From Eledone cirrhosa (taxonomy: Eukaryota): a stretch of 64,000 nucleotides of DNA. A program made the position numbers and the translations under genes. Positions 12,726 through 27,739 of this stretch are shown piece by piece; position 1 is the first letter of the stretch; the number at the start of each line of letters is the position of its first letter. The notes beneath the pieces were generated by a model. It was not told where the DNA came from. It saw nothing but the letters and a program-made list of their open reading frames with translations, and searched no databases. Location of the stretch: NCBI GenBank assembly GCA_964016885.1, contig OZ024741.1:70494001-70558000 (forward strand), read 5' to 3'.

Positions 12726-14496
12726 AATATATAAACAACCACCTGGTTGTGGAACCAACCAACCAACCGAAAATTTATAAATTCCTAAATTTATAAATTC
12801 CTAAATTTATAAATTTATTATAATAAATTAAAGTGAAAGCAACTGGTGCGTGTGTTTCTTATTGGCAACATGACCCTCCCAAAGTATAACAATATCGGTT
12901 TCAACACACGTTTTCAGATAAAGAATCTTGCTAAACAAATTCAGAAACGAAATATCGTAAGCCTTAGCCAGGCTAACAAGATACTGAAAACCACCATGTT
13001 CTGTTGTCTACGAAAAACAATAACATCTCGACAACTACACTTCATAAAAGAATGTGCCTCGTCCCGAGTTTACACCAACACCATCAACACCGATGTAAGA
13101 AGATTACAACTCACCAAAAAGCAAGCAGATAGGCTAAAACGAACACTAATTCTAAACATAAAAAAGAAGATTTATAGAGAATTAAGTCATCAAGAAAAAC
13201 ATTAACGTAACCTAATACAAGAAATAACTAAGATCACCACACCAAGAGAAAAACTAATATTTATAAACCTTATATGTCCTGAAGAACAGTACATTGTTCA
13301 AGAATGTGACAAGCACTTTAACAAGAAACTAAAGTGGCTCAAACAGATAAAACTAAATCAAGATACTTTAGAGAATATCAATAGATATCCCGACAAAATT
13401 GACGGTATAAATATGGCCGACATCTCATTAACAGATGAATTCAACAACAATAACACAAATATATACGGCAACACTACGGTCGACTCTGATGAATTATCTG
13501 TATTACAACTGCCGCCTAAGTATGCCACATATAACAAGGTAAATATGATTAAATGCTTGTCAGAAATAGAAAAATCATTTATAAAATTACGCTGGAGCCT
13601 CAAAAACAAAAACAAAAGTAACAACATACGCACACACACACACATATACAACACACATCCCAACAACAACAGACACACAGACACAAACAACAATAACAAC
13701 AACACACACATCAACAATAATAACATACTCAGAAACAACAACAACAGACACGCAGACACAAACAACAATAACAACACAACAACAATAATAACACACACGG
13801 AGACAACAACAACAACACACATCAACAACAGCACACATCAACAACAACAACACACACACACATTCAATGCCTCTCACCACCACCACAATCTTAACAAACA
13901 CACAGACACAGAAAACAGGTAATGACAGTAGCACAGAAATAAGGGAAGGTAATAGGATTGAAAGGAAAAGGGAGACTATGGACAGAGTAAATAACCAAGA
14001 CGAACACACAGACACACAAAATAGAGTAGATAATAACAATGAGCCAGAGGAAAGAGACAGGAGTAATAATGAGAGACAGAAACAACCATGAGGCTGTTGG
14101 TGGAAATAGAAATAGAAACAACACAACTAACAATAACAATAGCACTAGTACACATAAAGCAGCAGCCTGGAACTCTACTTTTTATAATCCCTCCGATAAG
14201 TCGTTCGACCTGCGACGAGTCCACGCCACGACTTTACCATTTAACAAACGCACGCAATTGCCGTCGCAGGTCGATGAACAATCAGAAGCACAATTTAGTA
14301 TAGCTAGATCTAAACTTAAAAATATTATAGAACAGTATAGCAAGAAACATAATAAAATGGAGGCCCAGCAACTGGGAGAAAAATCTGCAAATGACAGTCT
14401 GCCAAACTACATCAAGGCAATGCAACCCCACATCACTAACACAGAGAAGTAACACCACAAGAGCATGAGGATAGAGAAAAAGCCCTCAATGCCCAT

Positions 14497-16570
14497 ATGA
14501 TGATGTGGACAAATATAATGCAGCCCAACAAAAGGACTGCCAACAACTTCCAGGCCTGGAACAATGACGTGCCAGCGTTGTATGGGCTTCGAAAAGACCA
14601 TAAAACGAGCAGTGACCCTGTCACAGGACCACCAACACGGCCAGTCTGTGGAGCTAACATTGCTAGTAACTACAGACTGTCCTACTTCCTCTCCCTGATC
14701 ATACGCCCCATCATTGAAATGTCCCCAGATGTATGTGACAGCACGGAGGACCTCCTCAGCAGAATCGGCGAGAGTAACCGATCTAGGGACCTAACAAACT
14801 GCATAATAAGTAGTATGGATGTTGTGTCCCTATATCCATCTATTGACGTGGATTTTGCTGTGGAGAAATGCGTAGAAATGATCAGTGAGAGCAATGTTGA
14901 ATTCCATGGGATTGATACCAGTGAGCTGGGACTCCTACTTAAACTTACCTATAGTAATAATTATCTAGACACATATGACCTTAGCAACCTGTGCCCTACA
15001 AGACCAGCAAGAAGCAGACCACCTACCATTACCTCAATGGCCAAGAAAACCCACACAGATAGATGGAACGGGTGGACCAGAGCCATACAGACCCCCTAAA
15101 ACCACGATGAACTAAAGAAAATGATTGCACATGCGGTGGGGGCCAGCATAAAATTAACCCTTAAGGAACATATGTTCAAATTTAATGGAAACACATATGC
15201 CCAAGAGGAGGGAGCAGCTATTGGTGTTAGCATTGCAGGCGACATAGCTAACCTATTTATGGTATGGTGGGACAGTAGACTTAAACTTAAAGAACAATTA
15301 GAAGACCCCTTAACCCTGATAATGTACACCCGCTACGTTGGTGATATAAACATCGTAGTTAAAACACCCCCACTAGAGAACAGTCAAGAATTAGAGAAAA
15401 ACACAATGGAAAGCATCCAGCAAATAGCTAACTCCATCCACCAGAGTATTAGAGTTACTATAGACTACCCAAGCAAACACCCCAACCATCGATTACCTGT
15501 ACTAGACACAGAGCTCTGGTTAGATACCATTAATAACAGGACGGAAAATTGGCAGTATCGGTAGAGGGGCGGACGCCATGCTTTCTAGCATAGTTACGTC
15601 CCTTTACTATCTGAGTTCAAATCCCGCCGAGGTTGACTTTGCCTTTCATCCTTACGAGGTCGATAAAATAAAGTACCAGTAATACACTGGGTAATTGCTG
15701 GCCTTGTGCCTAAAGTAGAAACAATTAATAACAAAAAACAAATCCTCCATTCCCATTATGCCAAATCCATGACTTCCAAATATCTGATCCACCGAAACTC
15801 AGCCGTTTCGGACCATACCAAAATCAACATACTGATTGCGGATTTGGTACGGGTGATGAGAAACGTGTCCCGCATGTGCAACCCCGAAGAACTACAGAGA
15901 CACATACAACACTTCATCCACCGTATGCAGTTCTCTGGTTACAATCAGAGATATAAAATCAGAGTGTATAGAGGAGCCAGAACCAAATGGGAAAAAATGG
16001 TAAATAATGACACAAATGGGACCTGCCCCTTGTATAGGAGCAAATTTTGGAATAGAATAGAAAGAACTAGGAATAAGGCTAATAGAATAAACTCATGGTA
16101 TGATAGCAATAAATACCAGTGTAATGTTCATCGATACAACCCCTAGAGGTGAATTAGCTTACAAATTTAGAAGGACCCTAGATAAACATAAACTCAATAT
16201 TAAGATAGTAGAAAGACCATGTACCTCCATAAAAACACTTATTAGCAAGTCATACCCCTTTGAAATACCTCCCTGTATAGATAAGAAATGTATAATCTGT
16301 AAATTAAGCACCCATATTAACTGTAAAACTAGAAATGTAGTATATAGCATAAGATATACTGAAGGACAATGTAGAGATAAAAATATAGTGTACATAGGTG
16401 AGACAGCTCGTAGTATAGGGGAACGGATAAATGAACACTGGCGAGACCTTCAAGATAGTAAAGAATCATCTGTACTCTACCAACATACTAAAATAGAACA
16501 TAAGGGTAAATTAGAGAACATAGAAATAAAAATAGAATCTACACACAGAAAAGACGTAATGTTTAGATAA
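14497..16570 (+). pseudogene. Penelope-like RT and GIY-YIG coding region, frameshifted and interrupted by a SINE
   Basis: ORFs 14497-15099, 15121-15564, 15706-16146 and 16100-16570; catalytic YVDD reads YVGD. Confidence 0.88.
15539..15733 (+). mobile_element. tRNA-derived SINE inserted in the Penelope-like RT, with 10-bp TSD
   Basis: attaataaca at 15529-15538 and 15724-15733; removing it joins LWLDTINN to KKQILHSHY. Confidence 0.9.
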
Positions 16571-16805
16571 ATCACAGAGTGGAACAGCAACATCACAACC
16601 TACAATTAAGGACAAAATGAAAACACACATAGAACAAACAACCAACCACTAACATGTAAATAAACAAATAAATAAACGAATATAAACACACACAGACACC
16701 CGGATGTAACACATGCGCAAACTAAGCACACAACACACACACAAAAACAAGATGGCGTAGGACAGAACAAAGGAGAGGCACAAAAAACAAAGAAAAGAAT
16801 CCCCA

Positions 16806-16848
16806 GTCACTGAAGAGGTCACAGAATATGTGACGAAAGAACTTTGAC
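16806..16848 (+). ncRNA. Minimal type I hammerhead in the 3' Penelope terminal repeat
   Basis: gtca-CTGAAGA-ggtcacagaatatgtgac-GAAA-gaac-TT-tgac. Confidence 0.75.
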
Positions 16849-17075
16849 AATATATAAACAACCACCTGGTTGTGGAACCAACCAACCAACCGAAAATTTA
16901 TAAATTCCTAAATTTATAAATTTATTATAATAAATTGAAGTGAAAGCAACTGGTGCGTGAGTTTCTTATTGGCAACATGACCCTCCCAAAGTATAACAAT
17001 GTCGGTTTCAACATACGTTTTCAGATAAAGAATTTTGCTAAACAAATTCAGAAACGAAATGTATATATATATATA

Positions 17076-17165
<90 letters not shown>

Positions 17166-17187
17166 TAAATATATATATATATATATA

Positions 17188-17223
<36 letters not shown>

Positions 17224-17284
17224 TATATATATATAGGTATATATAGAGATTACAGTAATCAAAGTTCATTTTAAGTCATTTATT

Positions 17285-17331
17285 TGCTTACAATTGTTTC
17301 CTCCAAACCGAGGTTTGGATTCTTCGGAGCA
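17285..17331 (-). ncRNA. Type I hammerhead (core CCGAAGA)
   Basis: - strand: tgct-CCGAAGA-atccaaacc tc ggtttggag-GAAA-caattg-TA-agca. Confidence 0.7.
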
Positions 17332-17694
17332 TCTATTTATAACATACTTGACCTCCTTTTCAACCCAAGAGACACATAAAACATATGTGCATATTGATCA
17401 ACAGTGGGGTGACATTCATCAAATGATATAGCATGGCAATTTACATATAAAGGTTACAGGATAAAAATAACATAAGAACAAGAGTGAAAATAAGAGTGAA
17501 AATAAAGATAAATATGAAGCGTTGGCAGTCTATGAAGATAAAGCAAGAGGAAAGCTTAGAGTAGTCAGTGCATGGAACAATTCCCCGTGCAGCATGCACG
17601 CGTGTCTTATCTATACATGATTAGAGTGCGTCATAATGATATTTGCAGGGTCAGGCAGTTGAAGCAGGGAATCGATCTTATTATATAGGCTGAA

Positions 17695-19668
<1,974 letters not shown>

Positions 19669-20149
19669 GTAATTAGGAGTATTCCAAAGCTTGGTAGAAC
19701 AAGTTGTGAGGAAAGTTCTCAACATACGTTAAGGTGACTCGACAGGTTGGTAGGGATTCAGTAGTGGAAACACGAACAAACAAGGAGTGTAATCAAAGAA
19801 GAGAAATAGGACGAAGGTAAACAGTTACAAAAGAATTTAATCCACGTATTAACAATTGTTTCATCAGAATTTCAGTCCATTATTGCTACACTATGTTATA
19901 ATAGGCAATCAAGAAAGATACTGTAGCATCCGAATTTTCCAAATACAAAGTTGGAATGACCTTAGGAAATGAAATAAGGGGTAGTAGTGTAAGATAGAGG
20001 AACAGAGAGAGAGAGAGAGGGGAAAAAGAGAGGGAGAGAGAGAGAGAGAGAGAGAGAAAAGTGATGGAGGTAGGGAGAGAAAGAGATAGGGTGGTGTGAG
20101 AGGATTTGTATAGAATATAGTTGGTATATATATATATATATATATATAA

Positions 20150-20513
20150 ACGGAAAAAATGAAACGAAATTTCATTTCCCACTCTTAGTACGGCTGTTAC
20201 TTATATATAAGTATGTACACGTACATACATATATGTATACAGACGTACAGTAGTATGCATACATATATACATACATGCACACACATATATATGTGCGTAT
20301 AATAGCTAATAAGCTTGAAACTAGTACAGCGTTCCTTTGTCGGTGTTGAACAAACGAGCAACGATGGTTGCTGGTCACTACGGCTTAATACGGGATGTTT
20401 GTTTACAAACACACCGAGCATTATAATAAATGTTTGGTGAATACATACGCACATATATATATGTGTGCATGTATGTATATATGTATGCATACTACTGTAC
20501 GTCTGTATACATA
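20150..20513. mobile_element. Truncated, diverged copy of the retrozyme family with an inverted 5' part
   Basis: 20150-20298 is in reverse orientation; 20299-20513 is forward and begins atagctaataagcttgaaactagtacagcgttcc (3' half of the hammerhead). Confidence 0.85.
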
Positions 20514-20798
20514 TTAGTCTACGACTTCTTTTATACCATAAACGTGGCTCTGTCTTTGCGCGTAATTATTTTTCTCCGCTCCTATTAATGACGTATTATA
20601 TTCGTTTTTTCCCAGCGAACGTTTCCACGAACCAAAGTATCGTCTTCCTGTCTTCCTCCGGTTGCAACGTTTTTTGAAATATCCACTTCTGCGTTTACAG
20701 ATTGACTTTGTTAGTTTCAGAAGATCCCGTTAAGGTGAAAGCAGCGATTCTTTGCTTAAACTTTAATCTGTTATTTTAATAAATATATATATATATAT

Positions 20799-21209
20799 AT
20801 AAAATATTAAACAAATAATGAATAAACAATTCCTTATATTAAACAAAAAAAGTTCATTATTTAACGATCGTTTCTAGGATATATATGTGTGATAGAATTG
20901 GTATGCATATTCAACAGATCTATGTACAAAATTATACAAAATTATACAAATTATCAAGATTAAATATACATACCAAACACATATATACGCCGTCTTCAGA
21001 AATAATTTCTGAAGACGGCGTATATATGTGTTTGGTATGTATATTTAATCTTGATAATTTGTATAATTTTGTATAATTTTGTACATAGATCTGTTGAATA
21101 TGCATACCAATTCTATCACACATATATATCCTAGAAACGATCGTTAAATAATGAACTTTTTTTGTTTAATATAAGGAATTGTTTATTCATTATTTGTTTA
21201 ATATTTTAT
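20799..21209. repeat. ~410-bp palindrome centred at 21004
   Basis: Identical ORFs on both strands (20885-21076 + and 20932-21123 -); centre cagaaat-a-atttctg. Confidence 0.95.
21005..21149 (+). ncRNA. Type I hammerhead with very long (118-nt) stem II region; mirrored on - strand
   Basis: attt-CTGAAGA-[cggcg tatatatgtg ttggtatgtatatttaa ... ttgaatatgcataccaa ... cacatatata tccta]-GAAA-cgatcg-TT-aaat. Confidence 0.6.
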
Positions 21210-21340
21210 CTTGACTCTGTATACCGTTTATCTTTCACCGAAAGTGGTTTTTCATTACATCTCTTCTTTCCATGATATCCGGAATACATTGAGTTCTTCA
21301 TACGGATTGGACACTACCGTAAACTCTTGGTAGATTTATC

Positions 21341-21382
<42 letters not shown>

Positions 21383-22029
21383 TAAATTTGCCAGGAATAT
21401 ACATAGCATTAATGAAAAATCATTTGTAAAATAATCTCATGCAGAGAAGCAAATACATATAGAACATCTGATACAAAATCACTAAGGGGTATATATATAT
21501 ATATATATATACGGATAAATGATAAATAACGGGAAAACGATACATACAATCAAAATATATATGTTTAAAGCTTGATATAGTAGGAAATGGCAGCGCTAAT
21601 GTTTAGTATCAGCTCTGACAAGGTTCAGTCAGAAAACCATGAGGCAGGACAATGTATGTAATAAGTTTTGATATAAATCAAATTCAAAGCCTTTCCTCAA
21701 TGTAATTGCAAAGTTGGAATAAATGTTAAAAAGAAATGGATGAGACATGAAAGATGGCAACGTCTATTACGATTTATAGTAAGAAAAACTACTCAATGGA
21801 AATCAGAAATAGTATCGATAAATATTCTGTTTCGTTGTTTGCCGTGAAACGATATACGAGGTCTTCAAGATTCAGTTTTTCGGCATGTTGTCTTACCATG
21901 ACAACAATAAAAGAAACCAAAACTATATTCAATAATGAAATATGAGGAAGTTTCAATAATGAAATATGAGGGAGCAACAGACTCTAAACTCCTGGATAGG
22001 TGGTATATCTCAGTTCCGCTCCGCTAACT

Positions 22030-22245
22030 AGATGACAAAAGCATTGCCGCAGAGAAATGCCAGTGGTATCCGTTGCATTAGTCACTCCTCATCATGGAGC
22101 TCTTCCCTCAAGCGGGATGAACTCTTCCCAAGTTTGCGGAGAAAAACAATAGTTCGGTGACCGAGGACACCAAAAGTCAGCCGGCACGAAAAAGTAGCTG
22201 TCGGTCAAGTCGCAGTATTTGGATATCTTCCGCTCCTCTGTGCTT
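22030..22245 (-). pseudogene. Fragment of a restriction-like-endonuclease non-LTR retrotransposon C-terminus (CRE-like)
   Basis: EERKISKYCDLTDSYFFVP and downstream QRIPLAFLCGNA resemble the E.RK..KY..L...Y.FVP and QR.S...QRGNA motifs. Confidence 0.6.
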
Positions 22246-23115
22246 AAATTGTCCGGTCTGATGTCTTCCATGGAATAAAAAAGAGAAAACTTGATTATCC
22301 GGAGCATGGCAAAGTCTATGTTCGCTGATTGCATTACTTACAGGTAGCGTTACAGTAATTTGAAGCAGTTTGAACAGCGATATCAAACTTCTTGCAATCG
22401 TACCTGAATCTATGACAGAAATCTGTTTGTTTTAAAGTGTTTATACTTATCTATACATTTTCCTATAAATTTTCCATGGTAACTTTATGTTAAAACCTTT
22501 AAGTTATATTCCAAACATAAGCTTAATAATGAAAAAGGTAATTATATTTTCGAATCTCTTTAGATTCACGAATATTTTCATAATTACAAGAAAATCATAA
22601 GCAATTTCTTTCATTAGTAATATGGTAATAAATGTGTTAACGAAGACATATCTGTCGGGATTTAAAAAAGACTGCAGTCACTTGGTCAGTCAAAACCAAC
22701 AGTCTACTCGATGTATATGGAAAACGATGTTATGTAAATATGAAGAAAAAAATCTCAAACAAACTTAATAGACGTTAATCCAAATAGAAGAAACAGGAAA
22801 CAAAGTGCAAGCTCAAGTTATTTACTGCACTTATTCACCGAATCCTGTTTAACAAACTTATGCATAAGTAACGCATTATGGAGATATATTAGTGAGCTTT
22901 TCTCCGGAAATACTTCAGGAAAAGCATCATTTCGGAGAATGTAAAACCATGGCGTGAATAGTTATGTACGAGGTCACATTGTCTCCGGACAACGGAGCTA
23001 GGAGCTGGGATAATCTATATGAATGAATATATATGAGTGTATGTATTTATTTGTAAAATATGCATATATATACACAGACACATTCATATATGTGTGTATA
23101 TATGTATGTGTGTGC

Positions 23116-23162
<47 letters not shown>

Positions 23163-23521
23163 AAAAGCTACATAAAAAATTCACACACATACACATAAAC
23201 ACACACACACACAAAGACAATAATGTACGCCCACGAAATGTACTCCATTATCAACCATGATACACTTAGACTCCCTAAATCGGCCCCCATTCCCGAATAC
23301 TGGACTAGTCGCCGACCCCGCGCCAGTCTTCTTAAATTTTTTCTTTCATTCCAAACTCCGATATTCCATCCTTTTCTCTCTATTTCCGAACTTTCCAGTT
23401 CTCGAGGAAGGACTTATATCCGAAACGTCAAAATGGTCTTCTAATTCTTCCTAAGCGCTAAACTAATAAGACTTTGTGTTTTTGCATATCTGTGTTTATC
23501 TTGTCTACTCTCTCTCTCTCT

Positions 23522-23595
<74 letters not shown>

Positions 23596-23640
23596 GTGTA
23601 TGTATATATGTATGTATGAATGTATATATATGTGTGTGTA

Positions 23641-23698
<58 letters not shown>

Positions 23699-24199
23699 TA
23701 CATTCATTCATACATACATATATACATACACATATATCTGTGTGTGTGTATGTATGAATGTATATATGTATATATATATATATATATATATAGGCAGTTA
23801 AATATGGACATATTCATATATGTTAAAAAACAATTAAATATGGACATATTCATATATGTTAAAAAACAATTTTTAAAATAAAAATGCCTGTTTGAGAGAT
23901 TATGTCAGTGCTATTGAGGTTTTGGAGTTAGCAAATGTTGTACGCATGAAATAGTTCTTGTAACACACTAGACTGATGTGATTAGGCCAGATAGTTCGTA
24001 CGGGGGAGGAAACAATTCTAAAACGGCCAATCTATGGTGAAATATATTCAGGAGAATAGACTCCCTCACAGACCCAAATTAACCCGTTTGAAACCTAATC
24101 GTCTGGAATCGCCGTTTGTTTTAAAATGCTTATATTTATTTTAATGTCTTCCATCATAATTTTGTATATTAGCCTTTGTTAATATATTCCAAACATTAG

Positions 24200-24940
24200 C
24201 TTAATAATGGTTTTTGATTTAGGCACAAAGCCAATAATTTTTGGAGAGGGGTAATCCATTAAATTGACCCCAGTGCATTACTGGTACTTTATTTTATCGA
24301 GCTCGTAAAGATGAAAGGCAAAGCTAACCTCGGCTGGATTTAAACGTAAAGTGCTGTAATTATATGGCGCAGAGTATATTGTCCGACGCTCTACCGATTC
24401 TGCCAATCTACCGCCCTACACTAGCTTAATAATGGTTTCTTATATAGGCACAAGGCCATCAATTTTGGAGAAGGAGAAAATCGATTAAATTGTTCCCAGT
24501 GCGTGACTGGTACTTTATTTTATCGACCCCCCCGTTAGGATGAAAGGCAAAGTTAACATCGTTGACACTAGCTTAATAATTGTTTCTACTTTTGACACAA
24601 GGCCAGCAACTACCGCAGTATATTACTGGTACTTTATTTTATCAACGCCGTAAGGATGAAAGACAAAGTTATCCTCGGCGGGATTTGAACTCGGGACGTA
24701 TCTGTGCTGCAAAGCATGGCGTCCGACCCTCAACCGATACTGCCAATCAAATAATACTTTTGGCACAAGGCCAGCAATTATCCCAGTACATTACTGGTGC
24801 TTTGTTTTATCTACCCCGTAAGGATGAAAGACAAAGTTAACCTCGGCGGGATTTGAACTCAGACTGCAAAGAGGCGCAACTCTATGGTACAAAGGATGGC
24901 GTCCGACCCTCTACCGATACTGCCAATCCAGCGTCCTCCA
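24200..24940 (-). mobile_element. Cluster of about four tandem or nested tRNA-derived SINE copies
   Basis: Repeated ggcacaaggccagcaat...ggatgaaag.caaag units. Confidence 0.8.
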
Positions 24941-25308
24941 ATCAAATAATGAGAATGTTACTTAAAATATGAAATCACTCTCAAATTCTTGAATATAATC
25001 AAAATTAGTTCAAAATAATAGGTAGTGTCTTTCATTAGAAATAAGGCAATCAAAATTTTAAGATACAATAACTGCCTTAAATTTCATCTGAAAAAAAGGT
25101 TTTATGGGAAAAATATATAACCAATGCATCAAAGATAGAGAAGCAAATTATATGAATTAACCAAAGAAATTTTGAACGAGACGCAGAGAAAGAAAACCCC
25201 ATAGATATCGATTTAACTGTGATATTGTCTTTCTAACCTTGATCTTGTTAGATATTTATGATTATATAGACATATATATACGTCTGTATGTGTGTGTATG
25301 TATGCTTG

Positions 25309-25341
<33 letters not shown>

Positions 25342-25440
25342 ATGTATATATATATATATGTGTGTGTATGTATGTATATATATGTGTGTGTGTGTATATA
25401 TATATGTATATATATATATATGTGTGTATGTATATATATG

Positions 25441-25491
<51 letters not shown>

Positions 25492-25722
25492 GTGTGAATA
25501 TGTATATATATATATATACATAAATATGTATATATATAAATATGTACCGATTGTGTTGTTATTTCTGTTTACCTTTTACATACATACATATATATATATA
25601 TAATGTGTATACATATATATATATATGTGTGTATATATATATATAATGTGTATACATGTATATATATAATGTGTATACATTTATATATATATATATAATG
25701 TGTGTGTCTATATATATATACA

Positions 25723-25775
<53 letters not shown>

Positions 25776-25987
25776 CACACAATGAATACACTGAATGTCC
25801 CAAATGTTAAATAGATCCTAGTCATGAGTGCTGAATCAGGACTATAGACATAAAAACATTTGTGATACAATCATTGTGTAATCAGATAATGTACTCTATA
25901 ATATGCATGTATACACACACATATGTATGTGTATATAAATATGTATGTATGTATGTGTATATATATATATGTATGTATGTATGCGTA

Positions 25988-26020
<33 letters not shown>

Positions 26021-26066
26021 ATATATGTATATATGTATGTGTATATATTTATGTGTGTATATATAC

Positions 26067-26129
<63 letters not shown>

Positions 26130-26171
26130 AAAGAACACAAGAGCGTCTACAACATCAAAAGATTTTTATTG

Positions 26172-26216
26172 GCTTACAATGTTTCTTCCTTACGTAACCG
26201 TAGGATTCGTCAGAGC
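26172..26216 (-). ncRNA. Type I hammerhead
   Basis: - strand: gct-CTGACGA-atcctacg gtta cgtaaggaa-GAAA-cattg-TA-agc. Confidence 0.7.
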
Positions 26217-27029
26217 TATAAAAGGGGTTTGATTGGTGTTATGGACTCTACCAACCAAACATTCAATAACAAAGAGTAAAGAGAGTAAAGAGTAAAAGTA
26301 GGGGACAATAAGTCTAATTTTGGTGCGGCAGGGTGGGTGTGGGTCCTTGTTTACTAGCTGCGGTCATATTCATTCCTGGGAGTCGAGTGGTTAGCTGAAC
26401 CATAGATGGGGTGGCGTCGATAGTAGGGTGCAGAGGGTGTGCAGAGGCTACACAAACAATTTTATATATATATAAATACGTATACATATATATATAGTTA
26501 TATATCTACATACATATAGATACATATGTATATATAAATGCATATATATACTTATATATATACATATATATATATATGCATATATATACTTATATATATA
26601 TGCATATATAAATATATATATACTTATATATATATATATATATACTTATATATATATATATACTTATATATATACATATATATATGCATATATATGCATA
26701 TATATATGCATATATATATGCATATATATATATGCATATATAGGAACCAGTAAGACCCCGACAGCTGAGCTCAAGCCGTTTCGACGGCTAATTCTGGACT
26801 CAAGTATTGAGTACTTTGGTGCGTTATGGTCCACCTGGTTCCTTACCACATTTCCTTCGTTATATGCATATATATATATATACATATATATATACATATA
26901 TATATATACATATATATATACATATATATATGCATATATATATGCATATATATATGCATATATATATGCATATATATATATATACATATATATATGCATA
27001 TATATATTTATATATATACATATATATAC

Positions 27030-27238
27030 TTATACAGAGGAGACTGAGGTTAGCTGGGCATGCTCACCGACATCCAGAGTTGACATTGCACTCAGTGCTC
27101 CTGTGGGAGCCCCTACATGGACACACTGAAAGAGGAAGACCAAGGTTAACGTATGTTGATGCTCTGAGGACAGACACTGGTCTGTTGGAGACGTCTGAGC
27201 TCCGTCCCTTTCGACGGCTAGATCTGAGCTAGATCTTG
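27030..27238 (+). mobile_element. RTE-clade LINE 3' end fragment
   Basis: [14 protein letters not shown]...LLWEP.HG...[12 protein letters not shown] resembles RTE ORF C-termini; related tail pieces at ~26750-26815 (+) and ~5060-5105 (-). Confidence 0.7.
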
Positions 27239-27739
27239 AATATATATATATTCAATTGAAGAAAGTTGGTTGATTAAAAATCTGCCGACCTTTTCTTTTA
27301 CACGTGAAGCATTCCACAGTTTTTATTCATCCGGAGTTTTATTACTATGTGTATTTTGTCGGCGAAGTGAATAACACGTCCGACTGGTAACATATCAATG
27401 GAATTTTACATCTCGTTTGTATATTTGTCTAAAGGCAGTTATTATATAACTACCTTACATATTCGAAATACGTATAACGAATAAAATAGGGATGTAAGAA
27501 TAATATGAATAAGATCTCAACACAAATGCATGTTACCAAAGGTTTCAAATTTCAACTAGCATAGGACATAGACATTATATATCTGCTAGTTTAGTTAACT
27601 TCAGACAAAACCAAAATGTCTGAACGTTATTTCAGTCGTATTTTCAAGGAGATAAACTTGTAATTTCATTTAAGTCTAATATACATTGAAATAAAACATT
27701 AGTACCCTTACTTTGGGGAGAAACCTCTTGTAAACACGG

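Larger units (their letters stand above)
12608..17060 (+). mobile_element. Near full-length, degenerate Penelope-like retroelement (RT + C-terminal GIY-YIG) with direct terminal repeats
   Basis: Direct repeats at 12608-12953 and 16732-17060; ORF pieces with LYGLRKDHK, TRPVC, SMDVVSLYPSI, QEEGAAIG, YTRYVGDI, LPVLD; Cys linker PPCIDKKCIIC..NC; GIY-YIG NVVYSI...YIGETARSIGERINEH. Confidence 0.92.

Noticed and set aside
12608-17060. LTR retrotransposon, or Naiad-type selenoprotein Penelope element
   Set aside because: No gag, integrase or TG..CA ends; GIY-YIG is C-terminal; the ORF breaks are frameshifts and TAA stops rather than conserved UGA
19845-19880. Minus-strand ctgatgaaacaattgtt motif
   Set aside because: No stem II between the core boxes; at most a deleted relic
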